A stretch of DNA of 55,317 bases from Actinomycetota bacterium. GTDB lineage: Bacteria > Actinomycetota > Actinomycetes > JAKEEW01. Positions within the stretch are counted from its first letter, which is position 1; the number at the start of each line of letters is the position of its first letter. Under the pieces are notes generated by a model, which saw nothing but the letters and a program-made list of their open reading frames with translations, was not told where the DNA came from and made no database searches. The position numbers and the translations under genes were made by a program. Where the stretch lies: contig JBKOZJ010000102.1 in assembly GCA_046725875.1 (NCBI GenBank), positions 1-55,317 on the forward strand, given 5' to 3'. Shown here one piece after another: positions 21,520 to 32,218 of this stretch.

Positions 21520-24123
21520 TCAGAGGCGGACTTCGGGGGTTAGGTGGGTCGTCGCGCCGTCACGAAGAAGGTCGAATTCGTCGACCCGGCCGGCGGCGGC
21601 GACGTCGGCGGCCGCCAAGCGCAGCGGCTCCAGCGCTTCCGCCGAGCCGCGCACCACCACGCTCGCAACCGGGGTGCGCATCGACACCTTGGCGTCGGAT
21701 TTCGCCTTTCTGATCGCCGCGATGACCGCAGACGCGGCATCGAGCACGGCCGGGTTCCCATCGCCGGCCACGAGGCGCAGCTCGACCGCCGACGGCCAGG
21801 ACGCGCGATGCACTGAGCCGTCCTGCCACCACGACCAGACCTCCTCAGTGACGAACGGCAGGAATGGCGCGAACAGCCGTAGCAGCGTGGACAGGGCGGT
21901 CGCGAGTGCAGCATGTGCCGAGCCGGCCGCCTCCGGTCCTTGCTCGCCATAGCCGCGGGCCTTGACGAGCTCAACGTAGTCGTCGCAGAACTGCCAGAAG
22001 AACGCCTCGATCCGAGTGAGCGCGGTCGTGTGGTCGTACCCCGCCAGAGCACCCGTCGCGTCGTCGACCACTTTCGCCAGCGTCGTGAGCATGGCGCGGT
22101 CGAGCGGCTCGGTTACGGTCGCCGAGTCCGCGGTCGCGCCGATTCCGAGCACGAAGCGGGACGCATTGAGAATCTTGATCGCGAGCCGCCGGCCCACCTT
22201 GATCTGACCCGTATCGAAGGTCGAGTCCACACCGAGCCGCCCGCTCGCCGCCCAATACCGGAAGGCGTCCGACCCGTACTCCTCGAGGAGCGCCATCGGG
22301 GTCGCCACATTCCCCTTGGACTTGGACATCTTCTTGCGGTCCGGGTCGAGGATGAAGCCGGAGATGGCGGCATGCTCCCAGGGCAGCGAGTCGTGTTCGA
22401 GGTGCGACCGCAAAACCGTGGAGAAGAGCCAGGTTCGGATGATGTCGTGACCCTGCGGCCGCAGGTCCATCGGGAACAACCGGGCAAACAGGTCGTCACT
22501 TGATCCGGCCGAGAGCCAGCCGGTGGCAATTTGGGGGGTGAGCGATGACGTGGCCCAGGTGTCCATCACATCAGCCTCGCCGACGAATCCACCCGGCAGG
22601 CCGCGCTGCTCCTCCGAGTAGCCCGGCGGCGGGTCCGACGACGGGTCCACCGGAAGCGCCAACTCCTCGGGCAGGATCAGCCGGGTGTAGTCGGGCGCAC
22701 CGTCCTCGCCGACCGAGTACCACAGCGGGATCGGCACGCCGAAGTAACGCTGCCGGCTGATCAACCAGTCACCCGTAAGGCCTTCAACCCAGTTCTCGTA
22801 GCGGACCCGCATGTGCGGCGGATGCCACTTCAGCTCCCGCCCGCGGGCAAGCAGGGCCGCGCGCAACGCCGGCTCCGTCCCGCCGTTCTTGAGATACCAC
22901 TGCCTGGTGGTGATGATCTCGAGCGGCCGGTCGCCCTTCTCGTAAAACTTGACGGCGTGCGTGATCGGCCGGGGCTCGCCGTCCAGGTCACCGGACTCCC
23001 GCAGCATCTCGAGCATCCGGTCGCGCGCCGCCGTGGTACTCAGACCGGCAAGATTCTTGTACGCCGTCCGGGCGGCATTGCTGTTGATCCCGGGCGGCGG
23101 GTCAGCCGCCAGCCGCCCGTCCCAACCGATGACCGCACGAGTGGGCAGCCGCAGCTCCCGCCACCACACGATGTCGCTCGTATCGCCGAAGGTGCAGACC
23201 ATCGCGAGGCCAGTGCCCTTGGCCGGATCCGCGAGTGGATGCGCGAGGACGGGAACCTCGACATCGAAGATCGGCGTATGGGCGACCAAGCCGACCAGTC
23301 GCGCATAGCGGGTGTCGTCCGGATGTGCTACCAAAGCGACACATGCCGGCAGCAGCTCGGGTCGGGTGGTCTCGACGTAGACCGGCCCGTCGGCCGCGTG
23401 GAAGGCGATCCGGTGGAACGCACCTGAACGCTCCCGGTCCTCGAGCTCGGCTTGCGCCACCGCAGTCCGGAATGTGACGTCCCAGAGGGTGGGTGCCTCC
23501 GCCTGGTAGGCCTCGCCGCGGGCGAGGTTGTGCAGGAAGGCACGCTGGGAGACCGCCCGCGACGTTTCGTCGATCGTGCGGTAGGTGATCGACCAATCAA
23601 CCGAAAGCCCGAGCCGCCGCCAGACGTCTTCGAACGCCCGCTCGTCGATGGCGGTCAGCGTCTCGCACGCCTCGATAAAGTTGCGGCGCGAGATCGCGAT
23701 CTGGCGGTCACCTGGCGTCGCCGGGGGTTCGAACTCGGGGTCGTACGGCAGCGAGGGGTCGCACCGCACGCTGTGGTAGTTCTGCACCCGCCGCTCGGTC
23801 GGGAGCCCGTTGTCGTCCCAGCCCATCGGGTAGAAGACCGTCTTGCCGCGCATGCGCCAATAGCGCGCGACCAGGTCAGTGTGGGTGTACGAGAAGGCGC
23901 TGCCAACATGCAGGGACCCGCTCACGGTGGGCGGTGGCGTGTCGATGGCATAGATCCGCTCCCGCACCGCGGATCGGTCGAACCGGTAGACCCCAGTCTC
24001 CCTCCACACCGCCTCCCACTTCTCTTCCAGGCTGTCGAGGCTGACCTTCGCGGGGACCAGCGGCGCCCGCGAAGATGAGGCGGAGGCATCCGGTCGGGCG
24101 GCGGACTGGTGGGCGGAGTTCAT
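21520..24123 (-). CDS. valS: Valine--tRNA ligase (archaeal-like type without C-terminal coiled coil)
   Basis: [77 protein letters not shown]24123 lies 7 nt after TACCGT. Confidence 0.96.
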   Translation of the reverse strand: MNSAHQSAARPDASASSSRAPLVPAKVSLDSLEEKWEAVWRETGVYRFDRSAVRERIYAIDTPPPTVSGSLHVGSAFSYTHTDLVARYWRMRGKTVFYPMGWDDNGLPTERRVQNYHSVRCDPSLPYDPEFEPPATPGDRQIAISRRNFIEACETLTAIDERAFEDVWRRLGLSVDWSITYRTIDETSRAVSQRAFLHNLARGEAYQAEAPTLWDVTFRTAVAQAELEDRERSGAFHRIAFHAADGPVYVETTRPELLPACVALVAHPDDTRYARLVGLVAHTPIFDVEVPVLAHPLADPAKGTGLAMVCTFGDTSDIVWWRELRLPTRAVIGWDGRLAADPPPGINSNAARTAYKNLAGLSTTAARDRMLEMLRESGDLDGEPRPITHAVKFYEKGDRPLEIITTRQWYLKNGGTEPALRAALLARGRELKWHPPHMRVRYENWVEGLTGDWLISRQRYFGVPIPLWYSVGEDGAPDYTRLILPEELALPVDPSSDPPPGYSEEQRGLPGGFVGEADVMDTWATSSLTPQIATGWLSAGSSDDLFARLFPMDLRPQGHDIIRTWLFSTVLRSHLEHDSLPWEHAAISGFILDPDRKKMSKSKGNVATPMALLEEYGSDAFRYWAASGRLGVDSTFDTGQIKVGRRLAIKILNASRFVLGIGATADSATVTEPLDRAMLTTLAKVVDDATGALAGYDHTTALTRIEAFFWQFCDDYVELVKARGYGEQGPEAAGSAHAALATALSTLLRLFAPFLPFVTEEVWSWWQDGSVHRASWPSAVELRLVAGDGNPAVLDAASAVIAAIRKAKSDAKVSMRTPVASVVVRGSAEALEPLRLAAADVAAAGRVDEFDLLRDGATTHLTPEVRL

Positions 24124-24127
24124 GCCG

Positions 24128-26020
24128 TCAACGGTATCGATCCGGCGGCGGCGAGCCCTCCTGGTTAACGGGGATCTGCGGGTAGTGCGGCGGCGTGGTG
24201 CGAGCCGGTCGGACGGGCCGGCGCCACAGCGGTCGCTCCGGCGCCGGCGGCAGCGGCTGGGTAGGCAGGGGCGGGCCGGCGGTGGTTGCGGGTTGACTCG
24301 GCAGCGGCAGGCCGGTCGGGGGCGACGGCGGCGCGATCGGTGGCATTCGCCGAGTTCTTGACCGGTCGTCCCCGCGTCCGGTGTTGGGCTGAGCGTGCGG
24401 GTGCGGCATCGGACGGGCGTCGGGACCGGGCCAGTACGGATCCGCTGGGTCTGCCTGGTGCGGCGGCGGCGCAAGCGGACCTGGGGTGTGCGGGGGCAGC
24501 GGACCAGATGGGTGGCGAGGCGGGCCAAGCGGGTGGCCCGGGCGCGGCGGCCGACTCTGGAATGATGCCGTCCGCAGCGGGTCGACTGAGCGCAGCGGCG
24601 GACCTTGGAGCGGCGCCGTACCCATCGGCCCGGCGGGCTGGTGCGGCGGACCCGCGGGATGCGGATCGGCTGGCGGACCGAGATAGGTCGCATCATCGCT
24701 GTACAGCGGCAGATTTCCGGTCCTGCCGGAGCGATCTGGACGGTCCCGACCGCCAACCGGATGAGCGGAAGGGTCGACCGCATAGGCCGGTTCCGGCTGA
24801 GCCTGGATGGCGGCCCAGTGCGCCAGCTCGGCGTCGACCGACCGGCGGCGGCGCCGCCGCCGCCACATGCCGAGGAGGGCGACGCAGGCAATGAAAGCCA
24901 CTCCACCGGCGGCCACGAGGTCCCGGGGTGGCGCCTCCTCCAGCCTGGTTCTCAGCCGATCGAGAAGATCGGGCTCGCGCGACGCATGTGGCGCTGCCGG
25001 CCCCACCGCCGCCTTTGTGTCGGCTGACCGTGTCGGCTCGCCGCCTGGCGGTGCCGGATCGACCAGCCGGCCGACGGCGTTGACGGATTCCGCGTTCGCG
25101 AAACCCCAGTTGAGCAGCCTGGCCGCCTCCTCGTGGATGCCGTACCGCCCGCGCATCAGCACGACCAGGATCGTGCGGTCGTCGCGGGTCGCCGCGGCGA
25201 CCAAGGTGTTCTTGGCGAGCGAGGTGTAGCCAGTCTTGACACCGATCGCGCCCGGATAGTCGCCGAGGAGTTCGTTCTGGTTGCTGATCGCGAAGGTCTT
25301 GCCCTTCTCCTTGGCGGGGAATCGGCTCTGCTTCGTGCTGACGTACCTTCTGAAGTCCGCCCTCTTCAGGCCGGCTCGGGCAATGAGCGCAAGGTCGTAC
25401 GCGGAGGAATATTCGCGGTCGCTGTCAAGCCCACTGCTGTTGACGACGGTCGTGTCGAGTGCGCGCAAATGGGCCGCGGTCCGCTGCATTAGCATTACGG
25501 TTTGCTTCTCTCCACCGGCCGCGGTCGCCAATGCATGGGCGGCGTCGTTGCCGGACACCAGGAACAACCCAAGGAACAGCTGGTCGATCGTGTAGGCGTG
25601 GCCCTCGACGATGCCGACTGCGCTGCCGATTTGTGCGTCGTCCTGATAGGTCGCGGTGTATTTCGCCGTTCGATCCAGGCGGGGGAGAAGGGTCAGCCCG
25701 GTGAGTATCTTCAGCGTGCTAGCCGGCCGGTTGCGCTGGTGGGGCGCCTTGGCCGCGAGTACGGCGCCGGTTGACAGGTCGGCGACGAGGTAGGACCGCA
25801 CAGCAACGGTGGGCAGTTTCGTTGCCCCGGGTCGTGGGCGCACGATGACCCCGGTCCCGTGGAGCAACGGCCCGCCCACCGGCTCGCTAGCCACGGCGGC
25901 CGACGGCGCCGGTGTAGCAGACTGTGCCGACGCATCACCGGCTGCGATTGCGCCCGTGCATGCCACCCCCGCAATAGCGAGGGCGAGCAGGACGGCGGCA
26001 GCGCGACTGCGTCGACTCAT
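24128..26020 (-). CDS. D-alanyl-D-alanine carboxypeptidase (S11) with TM anchor and long Pro-rich tail
   Basis: Signal peptide; SxxK (PASTLK), SxN (VSGNDAA), KTG (VKTGYT); TM segment followed by an Arg run and a Pro-rich C-terminus; start approximate. Confidence 0.9.
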   Translation of the reverse strand: MSRRSRAAAVLLALAIAGVACTGAIAAGDASAQSATPAPSAAVASEPVGGPLLHGTGVIVRPRPGATKLPTVAVRSYLVADLSTGAVLAAKAPHQRNRPASTLKILTGLTLLPRLDRTAKYTATYQDDAQIGSAVGIVEGHAYTIDQLFLGLFLVSGNDAAHALATAAGGEKQTVMLMQRTAAHLRALDTTVVNSSGLDSDREYSSAYDLALIARAGLKRADFRRYVSTKQSRFPAKEKGKTFAISNQNELLGDYPGAIGVKTGYTSLAKNTLVAAATRDDRTILVVLMRGRYGIHEEAARLLNWGFANAESVNAVGRLVDPAPPGGEPTRSADTKAAVGPAAPHASREPDLLDRLRTRLEEAPPRDLVAAGGVAFIACVALLGMWRRRRRRRSVDAELAHWAAIQAQPEPAYAVDPSAHPVGGRDRPDRSGRTGNLPLYSDDATYLGPPADPHPAGPPHQPAGPMGTAPLQGPPLRSVDPLRTASFQSRPPRPGHPLGPPRHPSGPLPPHTPGPLAPPPHQADPADPYWPGPDARPMPHPHAQPNTGRGDDRSRTRRMPPIAPPSPPTGLPLPSQPATTAGPPLPTQPLPPAPERPLWRRPVRPARTTPPHYPQIPVNQEGSPPPDRYR

Positions 26021-26106
26021 CGTGTGGGCAAGGGTAAACGACTGTGACCGATGCCGCACCCTAGGCGCGGCGTATGCACCCCGTCACTCGCCGTACGATC
26101 GCGGAT

Positions 26107-27699
26107 GTGGACAACCGTGACCGACGCTCCGAATCGGGGTTGCCGATCAAGCCGGTGTACGGGCCGGAGGCGCTCGACGGTTGGGATCCGGTGGCCGAGC
26201 TGGGTTCGCCGGGCGAGTATCCGTTCACCCGCGGCATCTATTCAACGATGTACACGGGCCGGCCGTGGACGATGCGGCAGTATGCCGGATTCGGAACGGC
26301 GGCCGAGTCCAACCGCCGCTACCACCAGCTCATCGCCCACGGCACGCACGGGCTCTCGGTCGCCTTTGACCTGCCGACCCAAATGGGCTACGACTCGGAT
26401 GCGCCGATAGCGCACGGAGAGGTTGGCAAGGTCGGCGTCGCGATCGACTCGATCGAGGACATGCGGTTGCTCTTTGATGGGATTCCGCTCGACCAGGTAT
26501 CCACCTCGATGACGATCAATGCGCCGGCGGCCGTGCTGCTGCTGCTCTATCAGCTCGTGGCCGAGGAGCAGGGAGTTCCGGGCGGCGCACTCACCGGGAC
26601 GATCCAGAACGACGTGCTCAAGGAATACATCGCCCGCGGCACCTACATCTACCCCCCGAAGGCGTCGCTGCGGCTCGTCACCGACACCTTCGCCTACTGC
26701 CGCACGGAGCTGCCGCGCTGGAACACCATCTCGATTTCCGGCTACCACATGGCCGAGGCAGGTGCCACGCCCGTGCAGGAGGTCGCCTTCACCCTGGCGA
26801 ACGGGATCGAGTACGTAAAGGCCGCGCTGGCGGCCGGCATGGATGTGGACCACTTCGCGCCGCAACTGTCCTTCTTCTTCGTCGCCCGGACGACCTTCCT
26901 GGAAGAGGTCGCGAAGTTCCGGGCCGCCCGGCGGATTTGGGCCGACGCGATGCGCTCACGGTTCGGCGCGCGGAACCCGAAATCGCAGATGCTCCGCTTC
27001 CATACGCAGACTGCGGGCGTGCAGTTGACCGCCCAACAGCCCGAGCTGAACCTCGTGCGAGTGACCGCCCAGGCGCTCGCGGCAGTTCTTGGCGGTACGC
27101 AGAGCCTGCATACGAATTCCTACGACGAGGCCATCGCGCTGCCGAGCGAGAAGGCAGCCCGGCTTGCTCTTCGTACCCAACAAGTCCTGGCGCACGAGAC
27201 CGATGTCACGGCGACGGTGGACCCGTTCGCCGGCTCATATGTCGTCGAGTCCATGACGGACGACCTCGATGCCGCCGCTCGGGAGCTCATGCGGCGGGTC
27301 GAGGATCTCGGTGGTGCCGTGGTGGCAATCGAGCAGGGCTTCCAGAAGGCCGAGATCGAACGCAGCGCGTACGCGATAGCCCGGCAGGTCGAGGCCGGCG
27401 AGCGGATCGTCGTCGGGGTCAACAAGCATGTCCTCGACGAGGAGGAGCCTTACCAGCCGCTGCGGGTCGACCCGGCGATCGAGGAGGAGCAGGCAAAGCG
27501 CCTCGCCCAGTTGCGGGCGGAGCGGGACGGCTCGGCCGTTCGGCGGGCACTCGCCGGGCTGAAACGGAACGCCGACGGGAGCGCGAACGTCCTACCTGCC
27601 ATGAAAGAAGCGCTGGCGGCGCAGGCCACCGTGGGTGAGGTATGTGACGCCTTGCGCGACGTCTGGGGAACCTACATCCCACCCGACGCCGGCCGCTGA
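26107..27699 (+). CDS. Methylmalonyl-CoA mutase, substrate-binding (large) subunit, no B12 domain
   Basis: [62 protein letters not shown]; the Tyr/Arg specificity residues fit MCM rather than ICM; GTG26107 follows TACGAT. Confidence 0.93.
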   Translation: MDNRDRRSESGLPIKPVYGPEALDGWDPVAELGSPGEYPFTRGIYSTMYTGRPWTMRQYAGFGTAAESNRRYHQLIAHGTHGLSVAFDLPTQMGYDSDAPIAHGEVGKVGVAIDSIEDMRLLFDGIPLDQVSTSMTINAPAAVLLLLYQLVAEEQGVPGGALTGTIQNDVLKEYIARGTYIYPPKASLRLVTDTFAYCRTELPRWNTISISGYHMAEAGATPVQEVAFTLANGIEYVKAALAAGMDVDHFAPQLSFFFVARTTFLEEVAKFRAARRIWADAMRSRFGARNPKSQMLRFHTQTAGVQLTAQQPELNLVRVTAQALAAVLGGTQSLHTNSYDEAIALPSEKAARLALRTQQVLAHETDVTATVDPFAGSYVVESMTDDLDAAARELMRRVEDLGGAVVAIEQGFQKAEIERSAYAIARQVEAGERIVVGVNKHVLDEEEPYQPLRVDPAIEEEQAKRLAQLRAERDGSAVRRALAGLKRNADGSANVLPAMKEALAAQATVGEVCDALRDVWGTYIPPDAGR

Positions 27700-27948
27700 T
27701 CAGTGCCGCGGTTCGGGACGTGGCGACCCCAAACCAACGCTAACTTCTACGAGCGCAGTAGACCGACCCACTTTGTCGCGGAGGACGGGTGTCCGGGCAA
27801 CGGGTAACCCCAGGCAGGTCACACCGGCCTAGCACGCTGGGTAATTCCTTCCCGTCAGTTCCAGAATCGGGAGTTTGCCGTGCGCGAACTGCCGGGTAAG
27901 AGAGCAAGTTACGGACGGCGGCCCGGTCAGTTCCCTACCATAGGTCTT

Positions 27949-29154
27949 GTGAGGGTCACCGCAGAGGCGCCGCCGGACCTTGTGGTGCGTACCGAAAAGT
28001 ATTCCTCGGAGCTGATCGCACTGCGCCGAGATCTCCATGCGCATCCTGAGCTGGCGTTCGCCGAGACACGCACCACCCGGGTCATCCGGGACCGTCTACA
28101 GGAGGCCGGGCTTGCCACCCGGCCACTTCCGATCGGTACCGGCCTGGTCTGCGACATCGGCTCGGCCGGCCCGATGGTGGCTCTACGCGCGGACATCGAC
28201 GCCCTGCCGATCTCCGACGAGAAGGATGTTCCCTACCGGTCGACGATGCCCGGCGTCGCCCACGCTTGCGGGCACGACCTGCATACGGCGATCCAGATCG
28301 GCGCGGCGCTCATCCTCACCGACCTCGCAGAAGAGGGCCTGCTGCCGGGGCAAGTGCGGCTGATATTCCAGCCGGCCGAGGAGTCCCTTACCGGCGGAGC
28401 GCAGGACGTCATCGAGGCCGACGAGATCGACGATGTGGACTGCATATTCGCGCTGCACTGCGACCCGCGGACCGACGCGGGCCAGGTGGGCATTCGGTCC
28501 GGCGCGATCACGTCGGCTGCGGACAAAGTTGGAGTTCGGCTGGTCGGTCCGGGCGGGCACACTGCCCGGCCACACCTGACGTCAGACCTCGTCTACGCCC
28601 TTGCCAAGATCGTAACGGACGTACCGGCGGCGCTGAGCCGGCGGGTCGACCCTCGCAACGGAGTCAGCCTGGTGTGGGGCCGGATCGCGGCCGGCTCCGC
28701 GGCTAACGCCATTCCGCAGGCGGGCGAGCTGGAAGGCACGTTGCGCTGCCTCGAGATCTCGGCCTGGGAGGATGCACCCGATCTGGTGACGCACCTCATC
28801 GAGGAGATCGCGGAGATGTACTCCGCCAAGGTCGAGATCGACTACCGGCGCGGGGTCCCACCCGTGGTTAACAACGGCCGATGCACCGATTGGCTAGAGC
28901 AGGCCGCGCTCGAAGAGCTGGGTGTCGGCTCGGTCGTGCTTGCCGAGCAGAGCCTCGGCGGCGAGGACTTCGCCTGGTATCTCCGTGACATCCCTGGATC
29001 GCTGGCCCGGCTTGGCGTGCGTAACCCCGGCGACCGTGAGCTGCGGGATCTGCACCAGGGCAGTTTCGACGCCAACGAACGGGCCATCGGCATCGGCGTT
29101 CGCCTCATGGTCGGCGTGACGCTGCGTGCCCTGACTGGGCTGAGGGGACGCTGA
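27949..29154 (+). CDS. M20 family amidohydrolase
   Basis: RRDLHAHPEL, ALRADIDAL, HACGHDLH, FQPAEE, GGHTARPH, GGEDFAWY, DLHQGSF; GTG27949 follows TACCAT. Confidence 0.93.
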   Translation: MRVTAEAPPDLVVRTEKYSSELIALRRDLHAHPELAFAETRTTRVIRDRLQEAGLATRPLPIGTGLVCDIGSAGPMVALRADIDALPISDEKDVPYRSTMPGVAHACGHDLHTAIQIGAALILTDLAEEGLLPGQVRLIFQPAEESLTGGAQDVIEADEIDDVDCIFALHCDPRTDAGQVGIRSGAITSAADKVGVRLVGPGGHTARPHLTSDLVYALAKIVTDVPAALSRRVDPRNGVSLVWGRIAAGSAANAIPQAGELEGTLRCLEISAWEDAPDLVTHLIEEIAEMYSAKVEIDYRRGVPPVVNNGRCTDWLEQAALEELGVGSVVLAEQSLGGEDFAWYLRDIPGSLARLGVRNPGDRELRDLHQGSFDANERAIGIGVRLMVGVTLRALTGLRGR

Positions 29155-29336
29155 CCGCAGCTAGGTCCGCGCATTCGCACTCCGCCGCGCCCGGCCCGTA
29201 AAGGGCCAGACCTTGTTGAGTAACGATCAGGTCGCGGCGGCGCCATCGCTTTCTCGCGGGCTGTATCCAGGCATAATCTGAGCCGGTTTCCCGCCGGGCC
29301 TGTCTGGCGTGGAAGCGCCGTGGAAGGAGAAACCCC

Positions 29337-30383
29337 TTGCGTCGGGTAATGCAACTTGCGCCGGTACTACTCGCCGGTGCCCTGATCATCGCAGGCTGCG
29401 GTGGGGATGACGACGACACAGCCGCCGGCGGTGGCACGACATCCCCAGCGGCCAGCGACCTCAAGGTCGGCATGGCTTACGACATCGGCGGTCGTGGCGA
29501 CCAGTCGTTCAACGACGCCGCCGCCGCCGGCCTCGACCGGTCGAAGGCCGAACTCGGCATCACGGACACCAAGGAGCTCGAGGCGAGCCCGGGTGAAACG
29601 GACGCACAGAAGGAAGAGCGGCTGCGCCAGCTTGCCGAGGCGGGCTACAACCCGATCGTCGCGGTCGGGTTCGCCTACTCGGCCGCGCTTGCGAAGGTCG
29701 CGCCGGACTTTCCCGAGGTCGATTTCGCCATCGTGGATGACGCCAACGCGAAGGGCGACAACATCGCCAACCTCACCTTCGCCGAGAACGAGGGTTCCTA
29801 CCTCGTCGGCGTCGCGGCCGCCCTGAAGTCCCAATCGAAGCACATTGGCTTCGTGGGCGGGGTTCAGGTTCCCCTCATCAAGAAGTTCGAGGTTGGGTTC
29901 AAGGCGGGCGCCAAGGCGATCGACCCGAGCATCAAGATCGATGTCACGTACCTGACCCAGGCGCCCGACTTCACCGGCTTCAACGACCCCGCAAAGGGCA
30001 AGACAGCCGCCGAAGGCATGTACGACAACGGCGCGGACGTGGTCTACCACGCGGCGGGCGGCTCCGGCGGCGGTGTCTTCCAGGCGGCGAAGGACGCCGG
30101 GATGCTGGCGATCGGTGTCGACTCCGACCAGTACAAGACGGCCGACGCGAGCGTCCGCGACGTGATCCTCACCTCGATGCTCAAGAAGGTCGACGTCGCA
30201 GTGTTCGACTTCATCAAGAGTATTCAGGACAATTCGTTCAAGTCCGGCCAGACTGTCTTCGACCTCAAGGCAGGTGGCGTCGACTACTCCACCTCGGGTG
30301 GCAAGGTCGACGACATCAAAGCGCAGCTCGACGACTATAAGCAGAAGATCATCAGCGGCGAAATCACCGTTCCGTCGTCCTGA
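29337..30383 (+). CDS. BMP family nucleoside ABC transporter substrate-binding lipoprotein
   Basis: Lipobox IIAGC; GGRGDQSFN, GSYLVGVAAA, IGFVGG, ADVVYHAAGGSG, IGVDSDQ; GAAGGAG RBS before TTG; CATAAT -10 at 29271. Confidence 0.95.
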   Translation: MRRVMQLAPVLLAGALIIAGCGGDDDDTAAGGGTTSPAASDLKVGMAYDIGGRGDQSFNDAAAAGLDRSKAELGITDTKELEASPGETDAQKEERLRQLAEAGYNPIVAVGFAYSAALAKVAPDFPEVDFAIVDDANAKGDNIANLTFAENEGSYLVGVAAALKSQSKHIGFVGGVQVPLIKKFEVGFKAGAKAIDPSIKIDVTYLTQAPDFTGFNDPAKGKTAAEGMYDNGADVVYHAAGGSGGGVFQAAKDAGMLAIGVDSDQYKTADASVRDVILTSMLKKVDVAVFDFIKSIQDNSFKSGQTVFDLKAGGVDYSTSGGKVDDIKAQLDDYKQKIISGEITVPSS

Positions 30384-30466
30384 TCGACCCTGTCCGATGA
30401 GCTGCAGCAGGAGGGCTTACGCTGCCCAGGTGCCGTTTTGGGGAGGAGACGTCCTAACGCGACGTA

Positions 30467-30498
30467 GCCCGGGGAGGCGCGGTAGCGTCTCCCCGGGC
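30467..30498 (+). terminator. Strong intercistronic stem-loop after the BMP gene
   Basis: GCCCGGGGAGGCGC-GGTA-GCGTCTCCCCGGGC, a 14-bp stem with one G-U pair; terminator or mRNA stabiliser. Confidence 0.6.
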
Positions 30499-30586
30499 GA
30501 CCCATTGACTTCACGTGGGTGGCCACGTTCGCAGCCAATTTGAGGGTTGCCCACCCGAAGCGGCGACGTTCGCGAGGAGGTCCGCG

Positions 30587-32215
30587 ATTAGCGCCCTCAC
30601 GTCTACCGATCCGACAATCAAGGCGGCTGCACCGGCCGTAGTGCTGAGATCGGTCACCAAGCGCTTCCCGGGTGTCGTGGCCAATCGGGACATCGACCTC
30701 ACCGTCCAGCGTGGACATGTACATGCCATCGTCGGGGAGAACGGCGCCGGCAAGTCCACGCTCATGAAGATCCTCTATGGGATGCTCAAGCCGGACGAGG
30801 GAACGATCACCATCGATGGCCAGGAAAGATCGTTCCACTCCCCGGCCGATGCCATCGCGGCCGGCATCGGCATGGTTCACCAGCATTTCATGCTCGCCGA
30901 CAACCTCACCGTGCTCGAGAACATCGTGCTCGGCAGCGAGCCCCACAAAGGCCCCGCCCTCGACTTCGGCGGCGCCCGGCGACGGATCAAGGAGATCTCC
31001 GACGCGTACGGGCTCGGTGTACGCCCCGACGTCCTGGTGGAGGAGCTCGGCGTCGGGGACCGGCAACGAGTCGAGATCCTCAAGGTGCTCTACCGCGGTG
31101 CCCAGATCCTCATCCTCGACGAGCCGACCGCGGTGCTCGTCCCGCAGGAGGTCGACGAGCTGTTCGCCAACCTGCGCGGACTCCGGTCCGAGGGCCTGAC
31201 CGTCATCTTCATCTCACACAAGCTCGACGAGGTGCTGGGCGTTGCCGACGAGATCACGGTGATCCGGCGTGGGACCACGGTCGCGACCGTGAACCCGGCG
31301 GAGGTTAGCGCCCGCGATCTTGCCGAGCTGATGGTGGGGAGCGAGCTGCCGACGCCGGGAACCCGCGAGTCGACGGTCACCGATAAGGTCATCCTTGACG
31401 TGAGCGGCCTCACCGTCCACACGCCCGACGGACGTGCGGTCCTCGACGGCGTCTCGTTCACGATTCACAGCGGCGAGGTGGTGGGCATCGCCGGGGTGGA
31501 AGGCAACGGTCAGGCCGAGCTTATCGAAGCGATCATGGGCCTGCGGCCGCTTTCAGCCGGAAGGATCAGCCTGGACGGCGGAGACATCACTCACTGGTCG
31601 ACCCGGGAGAGACGGGAGGCAGGGATCGGTTACATCCCCGAGGACCGGCAGCGGCAGGGGCTGCTGCTTGAGGCGCCGCTGTGGGAGAACCGGATCCTGG
31701 GCCACCAGACCACGGAGCCCAACGTCAACGGTTGGTTGATCGACCGGAGGGGCGCTCGGGGGGACACCAGGCGCATCGTCGATGCCTTTGATGTACGGAC
31801 GCCCAGCATCGACGTCACGGCGTCCTCGCTGTCCGGCGGGAACCAGCAGAAGTTCATCGTCGGGCGGGAGATGACCAGCGATCCCAAGGTCCTCATCGCT
31901 GGACACCCCACCCGAGGCATCGATGTCGGCGCCCAGGCGGCCATCTGGGACGAGCTGCGCGCGGCGCGAGCCAGCGGACTCGCTGTCCTGTTGATCTCCG
32001 CGGACCTCGATGAGCTGATCGGCATGTCGGACACGCTTCGGGTGATCTTGCGAGGCCGGCTCGTGGCCGAGGTCGACCCGTCGACGGTTACGCCAGAAGA
32101 GCTGGGATCGGCGATGACCGGCGCCGACGAGGCATCGGCCGCATCATCGAGCGAGCAGCCCGCGGGCGCCGGCGCTCGCGAGCCGCGAGCCGACCCCGCG
32201 GGCGGGGAGGGCTGA
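30587..32215 (+). CDS. Nucleoside ABC transporter ATP-binding protein (two NBD domains); probable ATT start
   Basis: TKRFPGVVAN, GENGAGKSTL, LDEPTAVL, GIAGVEGNGQ, LSGGNQQK, PTRGIDVGA; GAGGAGG RBS six nt before in-frame ATT30587. Confidence 0.93.
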   Translation: MSALTSTDPTIKAAAPAVVLRSVTKRFPGVVANRDIDLTVQRGHVHAIVGENGAGKSTLMKILYGMLKPDEGTITIDGQERSFHSPADAIAAGIGMVHQHFMLADNLTVLENIVLGSEPHKGPALDFGGARRRIKEISDAYGLGVRPDVLVEELGVGDRQRVEILKVLYRGAQILILDEPTAVLVPQEVDELFANLRGLRSEGLTVIFISHKLDEVLGVADEITVIRRGTTVATVNPAEVSARDLAELMVGSELPTPGTRESTVTDKVILDVSGLTVHTPDGRAVLDGVSFTIHSGEVVGIAGVEGNGQAELIEAIMGLRPLSAGRISLDGGDITHWSTRERREAGIGYIPEDRQRQGLLLEAPLWENRILGHQTTEPNVNGWLIDRRGARGDTRRIVDAFDVRTPSIDVTASSLSGGNQQKFIVGREMTSDPKVLIAGHPTRGIDVGAQAAIWDELRAARASGLAVLLISADLDELIGMSDTLRVILRGRLVAEVDPSTVTPEELGSAMTGADEASAASSSEQPAGAGAREPRADPAGGEG

Positions 32216-32218
32216 CCC

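Noticed and set aside
24124..24906. 1128-aa ValRS with a long N-terminal extension in the ORF track
   Set aside because: The extension overlaps the carboxypeptidase tail in another frame; ATG24123 follows a -10 box and gives a normal length.
27800..27885. c-di-GMP-I or cobalamin riboswitch near the mutase
   Set aside because: The minus strand has GGCAAAC and GGGGTTACC but lacks the GNRA loop and GACGCAAAGC core and has no downstream gene; no B12 box seen.
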